Source of the DNA: an uncultured Bacilli bacterium
Lineage (GTDB): Bacteria > Bacillota_I > Bacilli_A > RF39 > UBA660
Direction of reading: 5' to 3'
DNA length: 64,000 nucleotides
Assembly: GCA_934096705.1 (NCBI GenBank)
Contig: CAKOMR010000007.1
Span: 690 to 64,689, forward strand
Every line of letters starts with the position of its first letter. Within the stretch, counting starts at the first letter, position 1. Made by a program: the position numbers and the translations under genes. The notes under the pieces are model-generated. The model searched no databases. It was not told the origin of the DNA and saw only the letters and a list, made by a program, of their open reading frames with translations. Below, piece after piece: positions 28,008 to 38,111 of the stretch.

Positions 28008-30161
28008 TTACGCATCCTTATTATCTATATGAATAACTCTTTCTTTTATTTCTTGAGTTCTACCTTTGTTCCAAAAGTTTGCTCCAATATATCCACATGT
28101 TCTTCTAGCAACGTTTAATTTGCTGTGATCTCTATTACCACAATTTGGACAATACCACTCTAAATTATCATCAATTAATATTTCACCAGTATAACCACAT
28201 TCTTGGCAATAATCAGATTTCGTATTAAGTTCAGCATACATTATATTGTTATAAATATATTCAATAACTTCAAGAACTACGTCAAGGTTATTTTCAAGAT
28301 TTGGTGTTTCAATATAACTTACTGCACCACCTGGAGAAAGTTTTTGGAATTCACTTTCAAGTTTTAATTTTGTAAATGCATCAATTTCTTCAAATACAGG
28401 TACATGATAAGAGTTTGTTATATAATCTCTATCAGTAATTCCTTTAATCTTACCAAATCTTTCTTTTAAACATTTAGCAAATTTATAAGTTGTTGATTCG
28501 ATAGGAGTTCCATATACAGAATAATCAATATCCTCTTCTTCTTTCCATTTTTTGCATTTATCGTTCATATATTCCATAACTTTTAAGCCAAATTCCTTAC
28601 CGATTGACTCATCAGTATGTGAGTGTCCTGTCATATATTTAACGCATTCATAAAGTCCAGCATATCCAAGAGAAATTGTCGAATATCCATGATGAAGTAG
28701 GTCATGAATACTTTCACCTTTTTTAAGTCTTGCAAGTGCTCCATGTTGCCATAAAATTGGAGCTACATCACTTGTAACTTTAGAAAGTCTTTTATGCCTT
28801 ATTTGAAGAGCTCTATGACATAGTTCAAGTCTATCATCAAATATTTTCCAGAAAAGTTCCATATCTTTATCTGAAGAAAGAGCTACATCTGGAAGATTTA
28901 TTGTTACAACACCCTGATTAAATCTACCATAATATTTTGGTTTACCTTCTTCGTCAACATAAGTTGTTAAAAAGCTTCTACATCCCATACATGGATAACA
29001 TTGTCCATTACCATTTTTATCAACCTTAAGTTCTTTCATAATCTTTTCAGAAATATAATCCGGAACCATTCTTTTAGCAGTACATTTAGCGGCAAGCTTA
29101 GTTAAATAATAATATTTACCGTCTTTTTTAATATTATCTTCCTCTAAAATATATAAAAGTTTTGGAAATGCAGGAGTTATATAAACACCTTTTTCATTTT
29201 TCATGCCTAAAATTCTTTGTTTTAAAAATTCTTCAATAATCATCGCAAGTTCTTCTTTGTACTCATTAGTTTCGCCTAAATACATACAAACACTTAGAAA
29301 TGGTGCTTGACCATTTGTAGTAGTCATTGAATTAATTTGATATTGGAATGTTTGAACACCATCAGTTATTTCTTTTTGTAAATCTTCTTTGGCATATTTT
29401 TCCGCATCTTCTTTTTTAAATTTTCTATTTTTATATTTTTCTAAATATCTTTCGTAACTACATCTAACAAATGGTGCTAAATGAGTAAGAGTTATAGTAC
29501 ATCCACCATATTGAGATGATGATACAGCAGTAATGATTTGTGTAGCAATAGTCATAGCAGTTAAAAATCTATGTGGTTTTTCAATCATTACTCCATTAAT
29601 ATTAGTTCCATTTTGAAGCATATCATCAAGATTAATTAAGTCACAGTTATGTAAAGCATTTTGTGCAAAATAATCTGCATCATGAAAATGTATAATACCT
29701 TCATCATGTGCTTTAACAATATCTTCAGTAAGTAAAAATCTACGTGTTATATCAGTGGATGTTATACCCGCTAAATAATCCCTTTGAGTAGTTACAATAC
29801 GCGCATTTTTATTAGAGTTTTCCGTATTCCAATACTCGCTTTCCCCATCGATTAGTTCTTTTATTGAAAGATCAGTTGTGTTACTTTTTCTAACTAACTC
29901 TCTTGTGTATCTATATGTAATATATTCTTTTGCTAGTGCATACTTTCCAAGAGCCATCAAGCGGTATTCAATAATATCTTGAATATCTTCAACAAGCATT
30001 CTTTTTTTCTTTAATCCTTCAATATATTTTACAATATTTCTTATTTGAATTTCACTTACTCTATCTTCTTCAGCAACTTCATCATTGGCTTTTTTTATGG
30101 CCATTTCAATTTTTTCAGGACAATAATCTACGATATGTCCGTCTCTTTTAACTATTTTCAT
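28008..30161 (-). CDS. nrdD: Anaerobic ribonucleoside-triphosphate reductase (class III)
   Basis: ATP-cone N-terminus (MKIVKRDGHIVDY). C-terminal Zn ribbon CQECGY...CPNCG. Glycyl-radical motif RRTCGYIG. Confidence 0.97.
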   Translation of the reverse strand: MKIVKRDGHIVDYCPEKIEMAIKKANDEVAEEDRVSEIQIRNIVKYIEGLKKKRMLVEDIQDIIEYRLMALGKYALAKEYITYRYTRELVRKSNTTDLSIKELIDGESEYWNTENSNKNARIVTTQRDYLAGITSTDITRRFLLTEDIVKAHDEGIIHFHDADYFAQNALHNCDLINLDDMLQNGTNINGVMIEKPHRFLTAMTIATQIITAVSSSQYGGCTITLTHLAPFVRCSYERYLEKYKNRKFKKEDAEKYAKEDLQKEITDGVQTFQYQINSMTTTNGQAPFLSVCMYLGETNEYKEELAMIIEEFLKQRILGMKNEKGVYITPAFPKLLYILEEDNIKKDGKYYYLTKLAAKCTAKRMVPDYISEKIMKELKVDKNGNGQCYPCMGCRSFLTTYVDEEGKPKYYGRFNQGVVTINLPDVALSSDKDMELFWKIFDDRLELCHRALQIRHKRLSKVTSDVAPILWQHGALARLKKGESIHDLLHHGYSTISLGYAGLYECVKYMTGHSHTDESIGKEFGLKVMEYMNDKCKKWKEEEDIDYSVYGTPIESTTYKFAKCLKERFGKIKGITDRDYITNSYHVPVFEEIDAFTKLKLESEFQKLSPGGAVSYIETPNLENNLDVVLEVIEYIYNNIMYAELNTKSDYCQECGYTGEILIDDNLEWYCPNCGNRDHSKLNVARRTCGYIGANFWNKGRTQEIKERVIHIDNKDA

Positions 30162-30218
30162 TCTACTACCTCTCCTATTAAAACCACTCTAACTATAACA
30201 CAAATTAAATAAATGTAT

Positions 30219-30234
30219 TGTTGCAATTGCAACA
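30219..30234. promoter_or_regulatory. Perfect 16-bp palindrome TGTTGCAATTGCAACA (5-N6-5, Crp/Fnr-type architecture)
   Basis: Seen directly in the nrdD / crp-fnr divergent intergenic region. It lies 21 nt upstream of an extended -10 (TGT TATAGT, 30200..30192) on the nrdD strand. That puts the dyad centre near -41.5. Confidence 0.55.
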
Positions 30235-30274
30235 TTTTAATAAAAATGATAAAATTTTACTGGGTGAGATGTAA

Positions 30275-30916
30275 ATGATAAATTTATTTGACAATATACC
30301 TGTAAAAGAGCAAAAAAAATTAGAAACCGAACTTGAAGGATTAACTTTTACTTTTAAAAAAAATATGAATATATCAAAAAATTTAAGAGACAACATTATT
30401 GGTATAATATCAGAAGGCAATGCTAAAATAGTTCATAATGATTATAATGGAAATACTCTTGTGTTCGAGGAACTTTTCGAAGGTAGTATATTTGGAAGTA
30501 ATTTATCATCTCTTTATAATGAGGAATATGAAATTATTGCTAGCACTGATGTTAAAATTACTATATTTGATTATGACTTTATTATAAAAAACGAAAATTC
30601 CTCAATATATTTTAATAGATTTTTAAAAAACCTACTTTTAATATTAAATGATAAAATTGTAGAAAAAAATGATAGACTACAAATAATAAGCAAAAAAACT
30701 ATTCGTGACCGTCTTCTTGAATATTTTAATGTTCAAAGTAAAAAACATGGAAGCAGTATTATATATTTACCTTTTTCGTATTCTGAATTAGCTGATTATT
30801 TATCTGTTGACCGAAGTGCAATGCATAGAGAACTCAAAAATTTAAAAGAAGAGGCATTTATCGAAATAAAGGGGAAAAAAATTATTTTATTATACCGACA
30901 CTCTTTTGCAATTTAG
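30275..30916 (+). CDS. Crp/Fnr-family transcriptional regulator
   Basis: An N-terminal cNMP-binding-like beta-roll and a C-terminal HTH YSELADYLSVDRSAMHRELKNLKEEAFI. No N-terminal Cys cluster of the E. coli FNR type. Confidence 0.8.
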   Translation: MINLFDNIPVKEQKKLETELEGLTFTFKKNMNISKNLRDNIIGIISEGNAKIVHNDYNGNTLVFEELFEGSIFGSNLSSLYNEEYEIIASTDVKITIFDYDFIIKNENSSIYFNRFLKNLLLILNDKIVEKNDRLQIISKKTIRDRLLEYFNVQSKKHGSSIIYLPFSYSELADYLSVDRSAMHRELKNLKEEAFIEIKGKKIILLYRHSFAI

Positions 30917-30957
30917 AGTAAGTTAAAGTATAATATAATCAAGAAAGGAAGATTTAT

Positions 30958-32313
30958 ATGTTTAATAATAAAAAAATACATATGATTGGTATCGGAGGAA
31001 TTTCTATGAGTGGAATTGCCGAAATATTATTGTCTTTTAATGCACATATCACAGGTTATGATGCATTTTTAACAGATATTACTAAACACCTAGAGGAAAA
31101 AGGCATTAAAGTATCAAACGTGCCAAACATTGAAAATATAAAAAATGCTGATATTATCGTTTATACCGCTGCAATTCATGAAGATAACGAAGAATTAAAA
31201 TATGCTAGAGAAAATAATAAAACTGTTTATGAAAGAAGTACATTTTTAGGACTTTTAATGAAAGAATATGAAAATGTATTATGTATAAGTGGAACTCATG
31301 GAAAAAGTACTACTACTGGAATGGTGAGTACAATATTTTTAAAAGCAAACTTAAATCCAACAATTATGATTGGAGCTATGCTTCCAATAATTAATAGCAA
31401 TAATCATGTTGGTTCTAAAAAATATTTTATTGCAGAAAGCTGTGAATACGTAGATAGTTTTTTAGAATTTTCTCCTACTAGTGAAATAATACTTGATATC
31501 GATGATGACCATTTAGACTATTTTAAAAATATTGATGGCATTATTGCCTCATTTAGAAAATTTGCAAATAAACTTAATAATGATGGAAATTTAATAATCA
31601 ATAACGATGATGAAAACACAGTTAAATGTGTAAGTGGTTTAAATAAAATAACATATGGTATAAATAAAGATGCAAATTATATGGCAAAAAATATTTCTTA
31701 TAATGCATATGGTCATCCAAAATATGATTTATATATAAATGGAAAAAAAGAAACTGAAATTACTTTATCAGTATCCGGAATTCATAATATATATAACTCT
31801 CTTGCAGCAACGGCAATGTGTAAACTTTATGATATTGATTTAAATGCAATTAAAGATGGACTTGCCTCTTATACGGGTGTTGGAAGAAGATTTGAGTTTT
31901 TGGGAAAAGTTAATGGAGCTTTAGTATATGATGATTATGCACATCATCCAAGTGAAATTAAAACAACACTGGATTCTGTAAAAAAAACAAGTCATAATAA
32001 AAGTTATGCAATATTTCAATCACATACATATTCTAGAACTATTGAACATTTAAATGAGTTTGCAGATGTTTTAAGTAATTTTGATAATATTGTTATTGCA
32101 AAAATATATCCTGCTCGCGAAACTAATATTTGGAATGTTAAAGAGGAAGATTTAGTTTCTCTAATTAAAAAGAAAAATTCAAATGTTATATATTTAGATA
32201 CCTTTGAAAAAATTGAAGATTATATTAAAGAAAACGTTAAAGAAAATGATTTAGTAGTTACTATTGGTGCAGGCCCAATAAATGAAGTAGCCAAAATGCT
32301 AGTTAAGGAGTAA
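30958..32313 (+). CDS. murC: UDP-N-acetylmuramate--L-alanine ligase
   Basis: HMIGIGGISMSGIAEIL and ISGTHGKSTTTGM. 451 aa with Mur ligase domain order. Confidence 0.95.
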   Translation: MFNNKKIHMIGIGGISMSGIAEILLSFNAHITGYDAFLTDITKHLEEKGIKVSNVPNIENIKNADIIVYTAAIHEDNEELKYARENNKTVYERSTFLGLLMKEYENVLCISGTHGKSTTTGMVSTIFLKANLNPTIMIGAMLPIINSNNHVGSKKYFIAESCEYVDSFLEFSPTSEIILDIDDDHLDYFKNIDGIIASFRKFANKLNNDGNLIINNDDENTVKCVSGLNKITYGINKDANYMAKNISYNAYGHPKYDLYINGKKETEITLSVSGIHNIYNSLAATAMCKLYDIDLNAIKDGLASYTGVGRRFEFLGKVNGALVYDDYAHHPSEIKTTLDSVKKTSHNKSYAIFQSHTYSRTIEHLNEFADVLSNFDNIVIAKIYPARETNIWNVKEEDLVSLIKKKNSNVIYLDTFEKIEDYIKENVKENDLVVTIGAGPINEVAKMLVKE

Positions 32314-32315
32314 AA

Positions 32316-32849
32316 ATGAATCGTGATTTAAAAACGCCAAAAAGAAAAAATAATAGTACTATAGTATTAATTCTTTCTATAATAATTACAGTAGTAATAT
32401 TATTTACAGTATTCTATTTTTTAAGAAGTGAAAAGAAAAAAGAATTTGATAAACTTTATAATGAAGAATACTATATAAGAGTAAACTTCGGAGAAACTAC
32501 CAAAGGTAACACTTTAAAAGATAAAGGTACCTTTTTAAAGGAAACTGATATTGATAAAAATTATTATTTATATATCACAAAATCAAATGTGGTTTATGCA
32601 TACTACACAGATTATTTTTATTTTTTTGACCCACTTCATGGATACCATATAGATTTTCAAAAAACACTTAGTGAAAATGAAGTTAAAGAAATTTTAAATC
32701 AAATCGATGAAAACAAAGAAACCACATTACTCAATAAAAACAAAGATGATTATTTAATACTTCGTTTTAATAATGAAAACTATTATATGAATAAAAAAAT
32801 ACTACAGCAAATACTTCAGTATTATGATGTAATTTTAGAGATAAAATAA
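32316..32849 (+). CDS. Hypothetical membrane-anchored protein
   Basis: N-terminal TM IVLILSIIITVVILFTVFYF plus a soluble domain. It is translationally close to murC. Confidence 0.45.
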   Translation: MNRDLKTPKRKNNSTIVLILSIIITVVILFTVFYFLRSEKKKEFDKLYNEEYYIRVNFGETTKGNTLKDKGTFLKETDIDKNYYLYITKSNVVYAYYTDYFYFFDPLHGYHIDFQKTLSENEVKEILNQIDENKETTLLNKNKDDYLILRFNNENYYMNKKILQQILQYYDVILEIK

Positions 32850-32871
32850 AAAAGGGCTATGTCCCTTTTTT
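32848..32871. terminator. Bidirectional terminator between convergent genes
   Basis: AAAAAAGGG-ctatgt-CCCTTTTTT. Confidence 0.6.
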
Positions 32872-33862
32872 ATTTTGACAAATTTTCTTTGTTAATACTT
32901 TCCAAATAATTATCTAAAATTTCAATTATTTTACTTTGACTTCTTTCCTTACAAATCATATTTTTTACTTCACTATTATTAGGCATACCTTTTAAATAAT
33001 ATAAAAAATGACTTCGTATTTCAATTGTTGCTTCACTTTCTCCTTTTTCTAAAACCAAATTATTTAAATGTGTTTTCATCATTTGAATTTTTTCTTCATA
33101 AGACACTTTTTTAGGAAGTTTTCCATATTCTAAATAATCATTGCACTCTTTAATAAGCCAAGGGTTACCTAAAAGTCCTCTTCCTATCATAACTGCATCA
33201 CACCCAGTTTCATCAAGCATTTTCTTAGCATCAAAGTAGCTTACAACATCACCATTACCGATAACTGGAATATTTACACTTTCCTTAACTTTTTTTATAA
33301 GTGACCAATCACTATGTCCTTCATAACCTTGACTTCTTGTTCTTGCATGAAGTGTTATTGCACTTGCGCCAGCTTTCTCGCATATTTTTGCAACTTCAAC
33401 ACAGTTTATACTATTTTCATCCCAACCACTACGAATTTTAACTGTTACAGGACATGGAACAGTTTTACTAACTGCCTTAACAATTTCATATATTTTTTCA
33501 GGATTTTTCAAAAGTGCACTTCCAGCCTGAGAACGCATTGCTATTTTTGGTACAGGACAACCCATATTAATATCAATAATATCTGGATGCATATAATCGT
33601 ATATAATTTTTGCAGCCTTACAAAAACTATCTATATCACTTCCAAAAATTTGTTGTGAAATAGGTCTTTCTTTTTCGTCCATTTTTAAGAGCTTCTTTGT
33701 TTTTTCATTACCAAAAACTAAAGCTTTATCTGAAACCATTTCCCCTACTACTAAAGACGCTCCAAAATCTTTACAAATCATTCGAAAAGTTTTATTGCTA
33801 ACGCCAGCCATCGGAGCTACAATTATTTTTCCATCAATTTCTACATTACCTATTTTAAACAT
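32870..33862 (-). CDS. dusB: tRNA-dihydrouridine synthase
   Basis: VAPMAGVSNKTFRMICKDFGA, DINMGCP and VTVKIRSGWD. Confidence 0.93.
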   Translation of the reverse strand: MFKIGNVEIDGKIIVAPMAGVSNKTFRMICKDFGASLVVGEMVSDKALVFGNEKTKKLLKMDEKERPISQQIFGSDIDSFCKAAKIIYDYMHPDIIDINMGCPVPKIAMRSQAGSALLKNPEKIYEIVKAVSKTVPCPVTVKIRSGWDENSINCVEVAKICEKAGASAITLHARTRSQGYEGHSDWSLIKKVKESVNIPVIGNGDVVSYFDAKKMLDETGCDAVMIGRGLLGNPWLIKECNDYLEYGKLPKKVSYEEKIQMMKTHLNNLVLEKGESEATIEIRSHFLYYLKGMPNNSEVKNMICKERSQSKIIEILDNYLESINKENLSK

Positions 33863-33927
33863 AAAAAAATCTTTCCTTTATCAGAAAAGATTATAACATC
33901 ATAAATTAATACTGTAAATAAAATAAT

Positions 33928-34491
33928 TTATTTTAAAATTATTTTGGCAGTGTCACCTTGATTTATTAAAAAAGCACATGCATCGTCTTTATCAATATGT
34001 AGTTCTAAAACTGCATTATCTCTTATTTTAACAAAGCTTTCAATAATACCAGATTTTTCACTACCAAGTTTAACTAAAACTTTTTCTCCATGAGTAAGTC
34101 CTAAATTATCCGCTTCATTTTTAGAAATATGAATATGTCTTTGAGCAATAATACAAGCTTTGACTTCAATACTATTTTTAGGAGTTTCAACTATGATTTT
34201 TTCTGCTCCTACCAAATCTCCACTTTCCCTTACCGGAGGATTAATGCCAAACTTAATTGCATCAGATTTAGCAATCTCCACCTGTGTATAATCACGACAT
34301 GGTCCTAAAACTTTTACATTATCAATTTTAAATTTATCAGTTTTAAGAGTAACTACTTTATCAGTTGCAAACTCTCCAGGTTGTTTTAAATTCTTTAAAA
34401 TATTATATGGTTCATCAAATAAAAGGTCATAAACTTCTTTACTTAAATGAACATGTCTATTACTAATCCCTATATTTATTTCTTTTTCCAT
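33928..34491 (-). CDS. pduL: Phosphate propanoyl/acetyl-transferase PduL
   Basis: Duplicated PduL signature: GISNRHVHLSKE and QRHIHISKNEAD. Confidence 0.85.
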   Translation of the reverse strand: MEKEINIGISNRHVHLSKEVYDLLFDEPYNILKNLKQPGEFATDKVVTLKTDKFKIDNVKVLGPCRDYTQVEIAKSDAIKFGINPPVRESGDLVGAEKIIVETPKNSIEVKACIIAQRHIHISKNEADNLGLTHGEKVLVKLGSEKSGIIESFVKIRDNAVLELHIDKDDACAFLINQGDTAKIILK

Positions 34492-35468
34492 TTTTTCTCC
34501 TTTATTACCATAAATGGTTTACATAATACAAAACTTATAAAATAACTACTAAAAAATGTAACTATTAAACAAACTATTATTGAATATGCAGAATAATAAT
34601 TTAATAAATCATAATGTTTACTAATATAACTAAATATTAAATTGCTAAATAAATATGCTCCAAACAAATATGGTGTAAATGATTTAAAATTTAAATCGCA
34701 TTTATCATCAAAATTAATTATATAATATATAAGTAAAGTTAATACCATCATTAATATATTATTATTTTCAATTAAGGTTCTATCAAAATTTTGCATACCC
34801 TTGGATAAAACATACGTAATTATCACAATATAAATAAATAAAATTAAGCTTATTATTATACTTAAAATTAAACTTTTAGTTTTTTTACTATCATCATTTT
34901 TTAATAAATATCCCATTATAAAATAACTTATCATCATATAGTTATTTATTAAAGGAATATCTAAAGTAAAAGTAAATTCTTTAAATAAACTTATTAAATT
35001 TAACGTACTCCATAAAAGAGTTAATAAAACAAATAATTTGTCCTCCTTTTTTGTCATATTAGAAACTAACTTTTTAATAAATGGATAAATTATATATAAA
35101 CTTAAAATATTAAATAATATACTTAAATGACTGTTAAATGGATTAAGTAAATATTTATAAAAATGATTTAGATTATGATTAAAGAAAAGTAAGTTTATAA
35201 AAGTAAAAATTATAAATATAAAAATTATAAATAAAATGTTTTTAATATAATTTTTTAAATTAAATTCACTATTAAGTAAATAGTAACCAAGTGCCATAAT
35301 GAAAAGTGGATAACCTATTTTTCCTAAAATATAATATACTGAAGAAAAAATAAAATATACATTTCCATAATTATTAAACACATAAGTGTATTCTTTGGAT
35401 ATAAACGAAAGCATTATTAAAATAATACTTATAAAAAAAGTTTTATTAATAGTTAAATTTTTTTTCAT
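34476..35468 (-). CDS. Polytopic integral membrane protein, family not recognised (possibly acyltransferase-like)
   Basis: About 10 predicted hydrophobic segments. 330 aa. No diagnostic motif. Confidence 0.45.
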   Translation of the reverse strand: MKKNLTINKTFFISIILIMLSFISKEYTYVFNNYGNVYFIFSSVYYILGKIGYPLFIMALGYYLLNSEFNLKNYIKNILFIIFIFIIFTFINLLFFNHNLNHFYKYLLNPFNSHLSILFNILSLYIIYPFIKKLVSNMTKKEDKLFVLLTLLWSTLNLISLFKEFTFTLDIPLINNYMMISYFIMGYLLKNDDSKKTKSLILSIIISLILFIYIVIITYVLSKGMQNFDRTLIENNNILMMVLTLLIYYIINFDDKCDLNFKSFTPYLFGAYLFSNLIFSYISKHYDLLNYYSAYSIIVCLIVTFFSSYFISFVLCKPFMVIKEKKWKKK

Positions 35469-35469
35469 A

Positions 35470-35565
35470 CTATTTAATAATGTATGTAATTACTCTTGCA
35501 ATTGAAATGCCAAATAATATAATTGAAAAACAAAATACTAAACTTTTATAAACTTCTTTTTTCAT
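35470..35565 (-). CDS. Unannotated 31-aa hydrophobic peptide MKKEVYKSLVFCFSIILFGISIARVITYIIK
   Basis: An ATG preceded by GAAAGGAA. Its TAG stop is 1 nt before the ATG of the downstream membrane protein (TAG-T-ATG coupling). Not in the ORF track. Confidence 0.35.
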   Translation of the reverse strand: MKKEVYKSLVFCFSIILFGISIARVITYIIK

Positions 35566-35577
35566 ACATATTCCTTT

Positions 35578-36192
35578 CTATAAAATAATCTTTTTTATAT
35601 TAGTTAAATTTCTATCATCAAAATTTAATTTATATATACTTATGTCATTTATATCACCAGAATAAATAACATCATCATTATATTCTAAAATAAGTTCATC
35701 TTCGAGATTATAACCTACTTTTGTATGATTTATTAAATAACTTAATATTGTTCTTAAATGTGTAAAAACTACTACTTTATTTACTTTATTTAAATATACA
35801 ATATGATTTATGCTGTCTGTAAATCTTTTGCAAGTTTCATTTAATGACTCACCATTTTCAAGTTTTATGTTAAAATCATGCTCCTGCATAAAATATATAT
35901 TTTTTAAATCTTTATTTTTAATGTTACCAATTATAGGAGCATCTAATTTATCATCTAAATAAACATCCTTTTTTATTCTTTTTCCTAAATACTGAGCAAA
36001 TATTCTTGCACTTGCACTTGTTGATGAATATATAGCACCAGTATTATTAAACATAGATAATAAAGAAAGCCTTTGCGCGTAATCTTTATTTTTACTAAGC
36101 AAAGGTATTTTCAGTTTTTTTTTATCTATTTTTTCATTATTATAAAGTAAGTTATTTTCTATTAAGTTGTTGCTCACTAAAATAACTTCCAT
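35578..36192 (-). CDS. Hypothetical protein (weak histidine-phosphatase-like C-terminal pattern, no RHG motif)
   Basis: 204-aa ORF. VVVFTHLRTILSYL loosely resembles the second His motif of the phosphoglycerate-mutase superfamily. The N-terminus reads ILVSNN rather than RHG. Confidence 0.35.
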   Translation of the reverse strand: MEVILVSNNLIENNLLYNNEKIDKKKLKIPLLSKNKDYAQRLSLLSMFNNTGAIYSSTSASARIFAQYLGKRIKKDVYLDDKLDAPIIGNIKNKDLKNIYFMQEHDFNIKLENGESLNETCKRFTDSINHIVYLNKVNKVVVFTHLRTILSYLINHTKVGYNLEDELILEYNDDVIYSGDINDISIYKLNFDDRNLTNIKKIIL

Positions 36193-36196
36193 TACT

Positions 36197-37045
36197 TTAC
36201 TCCTCTTTTAAATATTTTGCACTTAAAATATAACCAACTAAAAGAAGTATCATACCAACTATAAATTCAGCTACTTTAATCTTATAACCAAATATTAATA
36301 TTATTATATTTACAATTGAAGCAAATACAAAACCTACAATAGCAAAATATGTTTTAATTTTATGCTTTTCAAGTAAATACTCCATAAGTTTACTAACAGC
36401 AATTATTCCTATAAGCATGCCTATACCAAAAACTATTATTATAAAAATATTTGGATTCAAATTATTAAAATGAACAGTTTCAGAAATAATATTTAAAAGA
36501 GGTGTATAATATCCTAAAATAACTAGTATAGCTGAGCCACTAACTCCTGGAATAATCATTGTACCTGCAGCAATTATTCCTACGCCAAATAGTTTTAAAT
36601 AGCCAGCTAAATCAGTGCTTATACTTACGCCTTCTTTACTTCCTAGAAGTGATATTCCAATTAAAATTAAAGCGCCAATAACTGTACATAAAATATTTGC
36701 TACAGAATATTTTTTTTCGGTCTTTTGAACTATCATCTTAACTCCGCCAAGGATTAATCCTACAAAAAATAATAATGTTGCAACAGGAAATTTATTTAAT
36801 GTAATATTTAAAAGCAAACAACAACATATTGCAGATGCTACAACTCCTAGAGCAAAAAATATAATAAATTTTTTATTTTCCTTAAATGATGAAAAGAAAT
36901 TATTTATTATTTTAATAATTCTTTCGTAAATTCCCATTGTCATAGCAAGAACTGATGAACTAATAGGAAATATAATACCAAAACCTATTACAAAACCTTT
37001 TAAAAATGTAATAAGTGCACTATCTTCTTTTTTAGTCTTTGTCAT
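36197..37045 (-). CDS. DUF368-family membrane protein (polyprenyl-phosphate transporter family)
   Basis: Duplicated motif P.SSSVLAM / PGVSGSAILVILGYY, characteristic of DUF368. Confidence 0.75.
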   Translation of the reverse strand: MTKTKKEDSALITFLKGFVIGFGIIFPISSSVLAMTMGIYERIIKIINNFFSSFKENKKFIIFFALGVVASAICCCLLLNITLNKFPVATLLFFVGLILGGVKMIVQKTEKKYSVANILCTVIGALILIGISLLGSKEGVSISTDLAGYLKLFGVGIIAAGTMIIPGVSGSAILVILGYYTPLLNIISETVHFNNLNPNIFIIIVFGIGMLIGIIAVSKLMEYLLEKHKIKTYFAIVGFVFASIVNIIILIFGYKIKVAEFIVGMILLLVGYILSAKYLKEE

Positions 37046-38111
37046 TTTCCACCTCTATCTTTTTGATTTCAACTCTATTTATAGAATCAAATTTCTTTGT
37101 AATTTTTTCTGTTGTCGTAGAAAGTTCATCTACGGAATTATTAACCGCCTTTATATTCTTAGATAGTTTATCCCAACGATCTTTATATCTTGAAAATTCT
37201 ATACTTAATTTGTTTAATTCATCATGGATAACTTTAGCATACTTATCTCTTTCAATATTTTTAATAATCATTGATATTGTAGATAATGTAGATATTAATG
37301 TAGTTGGACCAGTTATCCATACCTTACTATTATAAGCATACGTAATAAGTTCAGGATGATACGCATTTATTTCTGCGAAAATTGCTTCTGCAGGTAAAAA
37401 CATAATTGCCTCATCGCTAGTTACCCCTGGAATAATATATTTTTCCTTAATATCATTAATATGTTTCTTCACGTCTTGAACAAATAATTTTTCATAGTAT
37501 AATCTTTCTTCTTTAGTCTTACTTTTATCAGTCATTTTTTGATAATTTTCAAGAGGAAATTTGCTATCAATAGAAATCGTTCCAAGCGGAGATGGAGCAA
37601 ATAAAAGTGCATCAACTATATATCCGTTTTCAAATTTATATTGAGATTTATAAATTCCAGTTGAAGAAGATCCAAAAGCATTATTTAAAATATATTCAAG
37701 ACTAACTTCACCGAAAGTCCCTCTTGTTTTTTTATCAGTTAACACACCTTGTAAAGAAATAATATCTGCTCCTAAATCATCAATTTTCTTTTGTGCTTCA
37801 TCAATTTTTGAAAGTCTTTCCAAAACAGAGTTAAATGTTTTATTACTTTTTTCAAAGTTTTTATCAAGTCTTTCATTAACCATATCATTTATTAATGTTA
37901 GTTTTCTTTCAACGCTTTCATTTAAAGAATCAAAATCTTCTCTTAAGATTTTAGAAAAATCATATTTAAAATCACCAATTGATTTTGTAATATTTGTATC
38001 AAATTTGCCTAACTTTTCAACTATATCACTATTATTATTTTTTCTAGATAATAAAATAATCAGTAAAATTATAGTGAAAATTAAAAGGCCTATTATTATG
38101 TAATCTATCAT
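37032..38111 (-). CDS. rmuC: DNA recombination protein RmuC
   Basis: An N-terminal TM, a long coiled coil, then the RmuC nuclease-like core (GTFGEVSLEYIL...VDALLF...ISIDSKFPLENY...MFLPAEAIF). Confidence 0.85.
   Translation of the reverse strand: MIDYIIIGLLIFTIILLIILLSRKNNNSDIVEKLGKFDTNITKSIGDFKYDFSKILREDFDSLNESVERKLTLINDMVNERLDKNFEKSNKTFNSVLERLSKIDEAQKKIDDLGADIISLQGVLTDKKTRGTFGEVSLEYILNNAFGSSSTGIYKSQYKFENGYIVDALLFAPSPLGTISIDSKFPLENYQKMTDKSKTKEERLYYEKLFVQDVKKHINDIKEKYIIPGVTSDEAIMFLPAEAIFAEINAYHPELITYAYNSKVWITGPTTLISTLSTISMIIKNIERDKYAKVIHDELNKLSIEFSRYKDRWDKLSKNIKAVNNSVDELSTTTEKITKKFDSINRVEIKKIEVENDKD

Noticed and set aside
35578-36192. Possible degenerate histidine phosphatase (pseudo-enzyme)
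   Set aside because: The similarity rests on one loose C-terminal motif and the RHG motif is absent. This is too weak to claim without a profile search.
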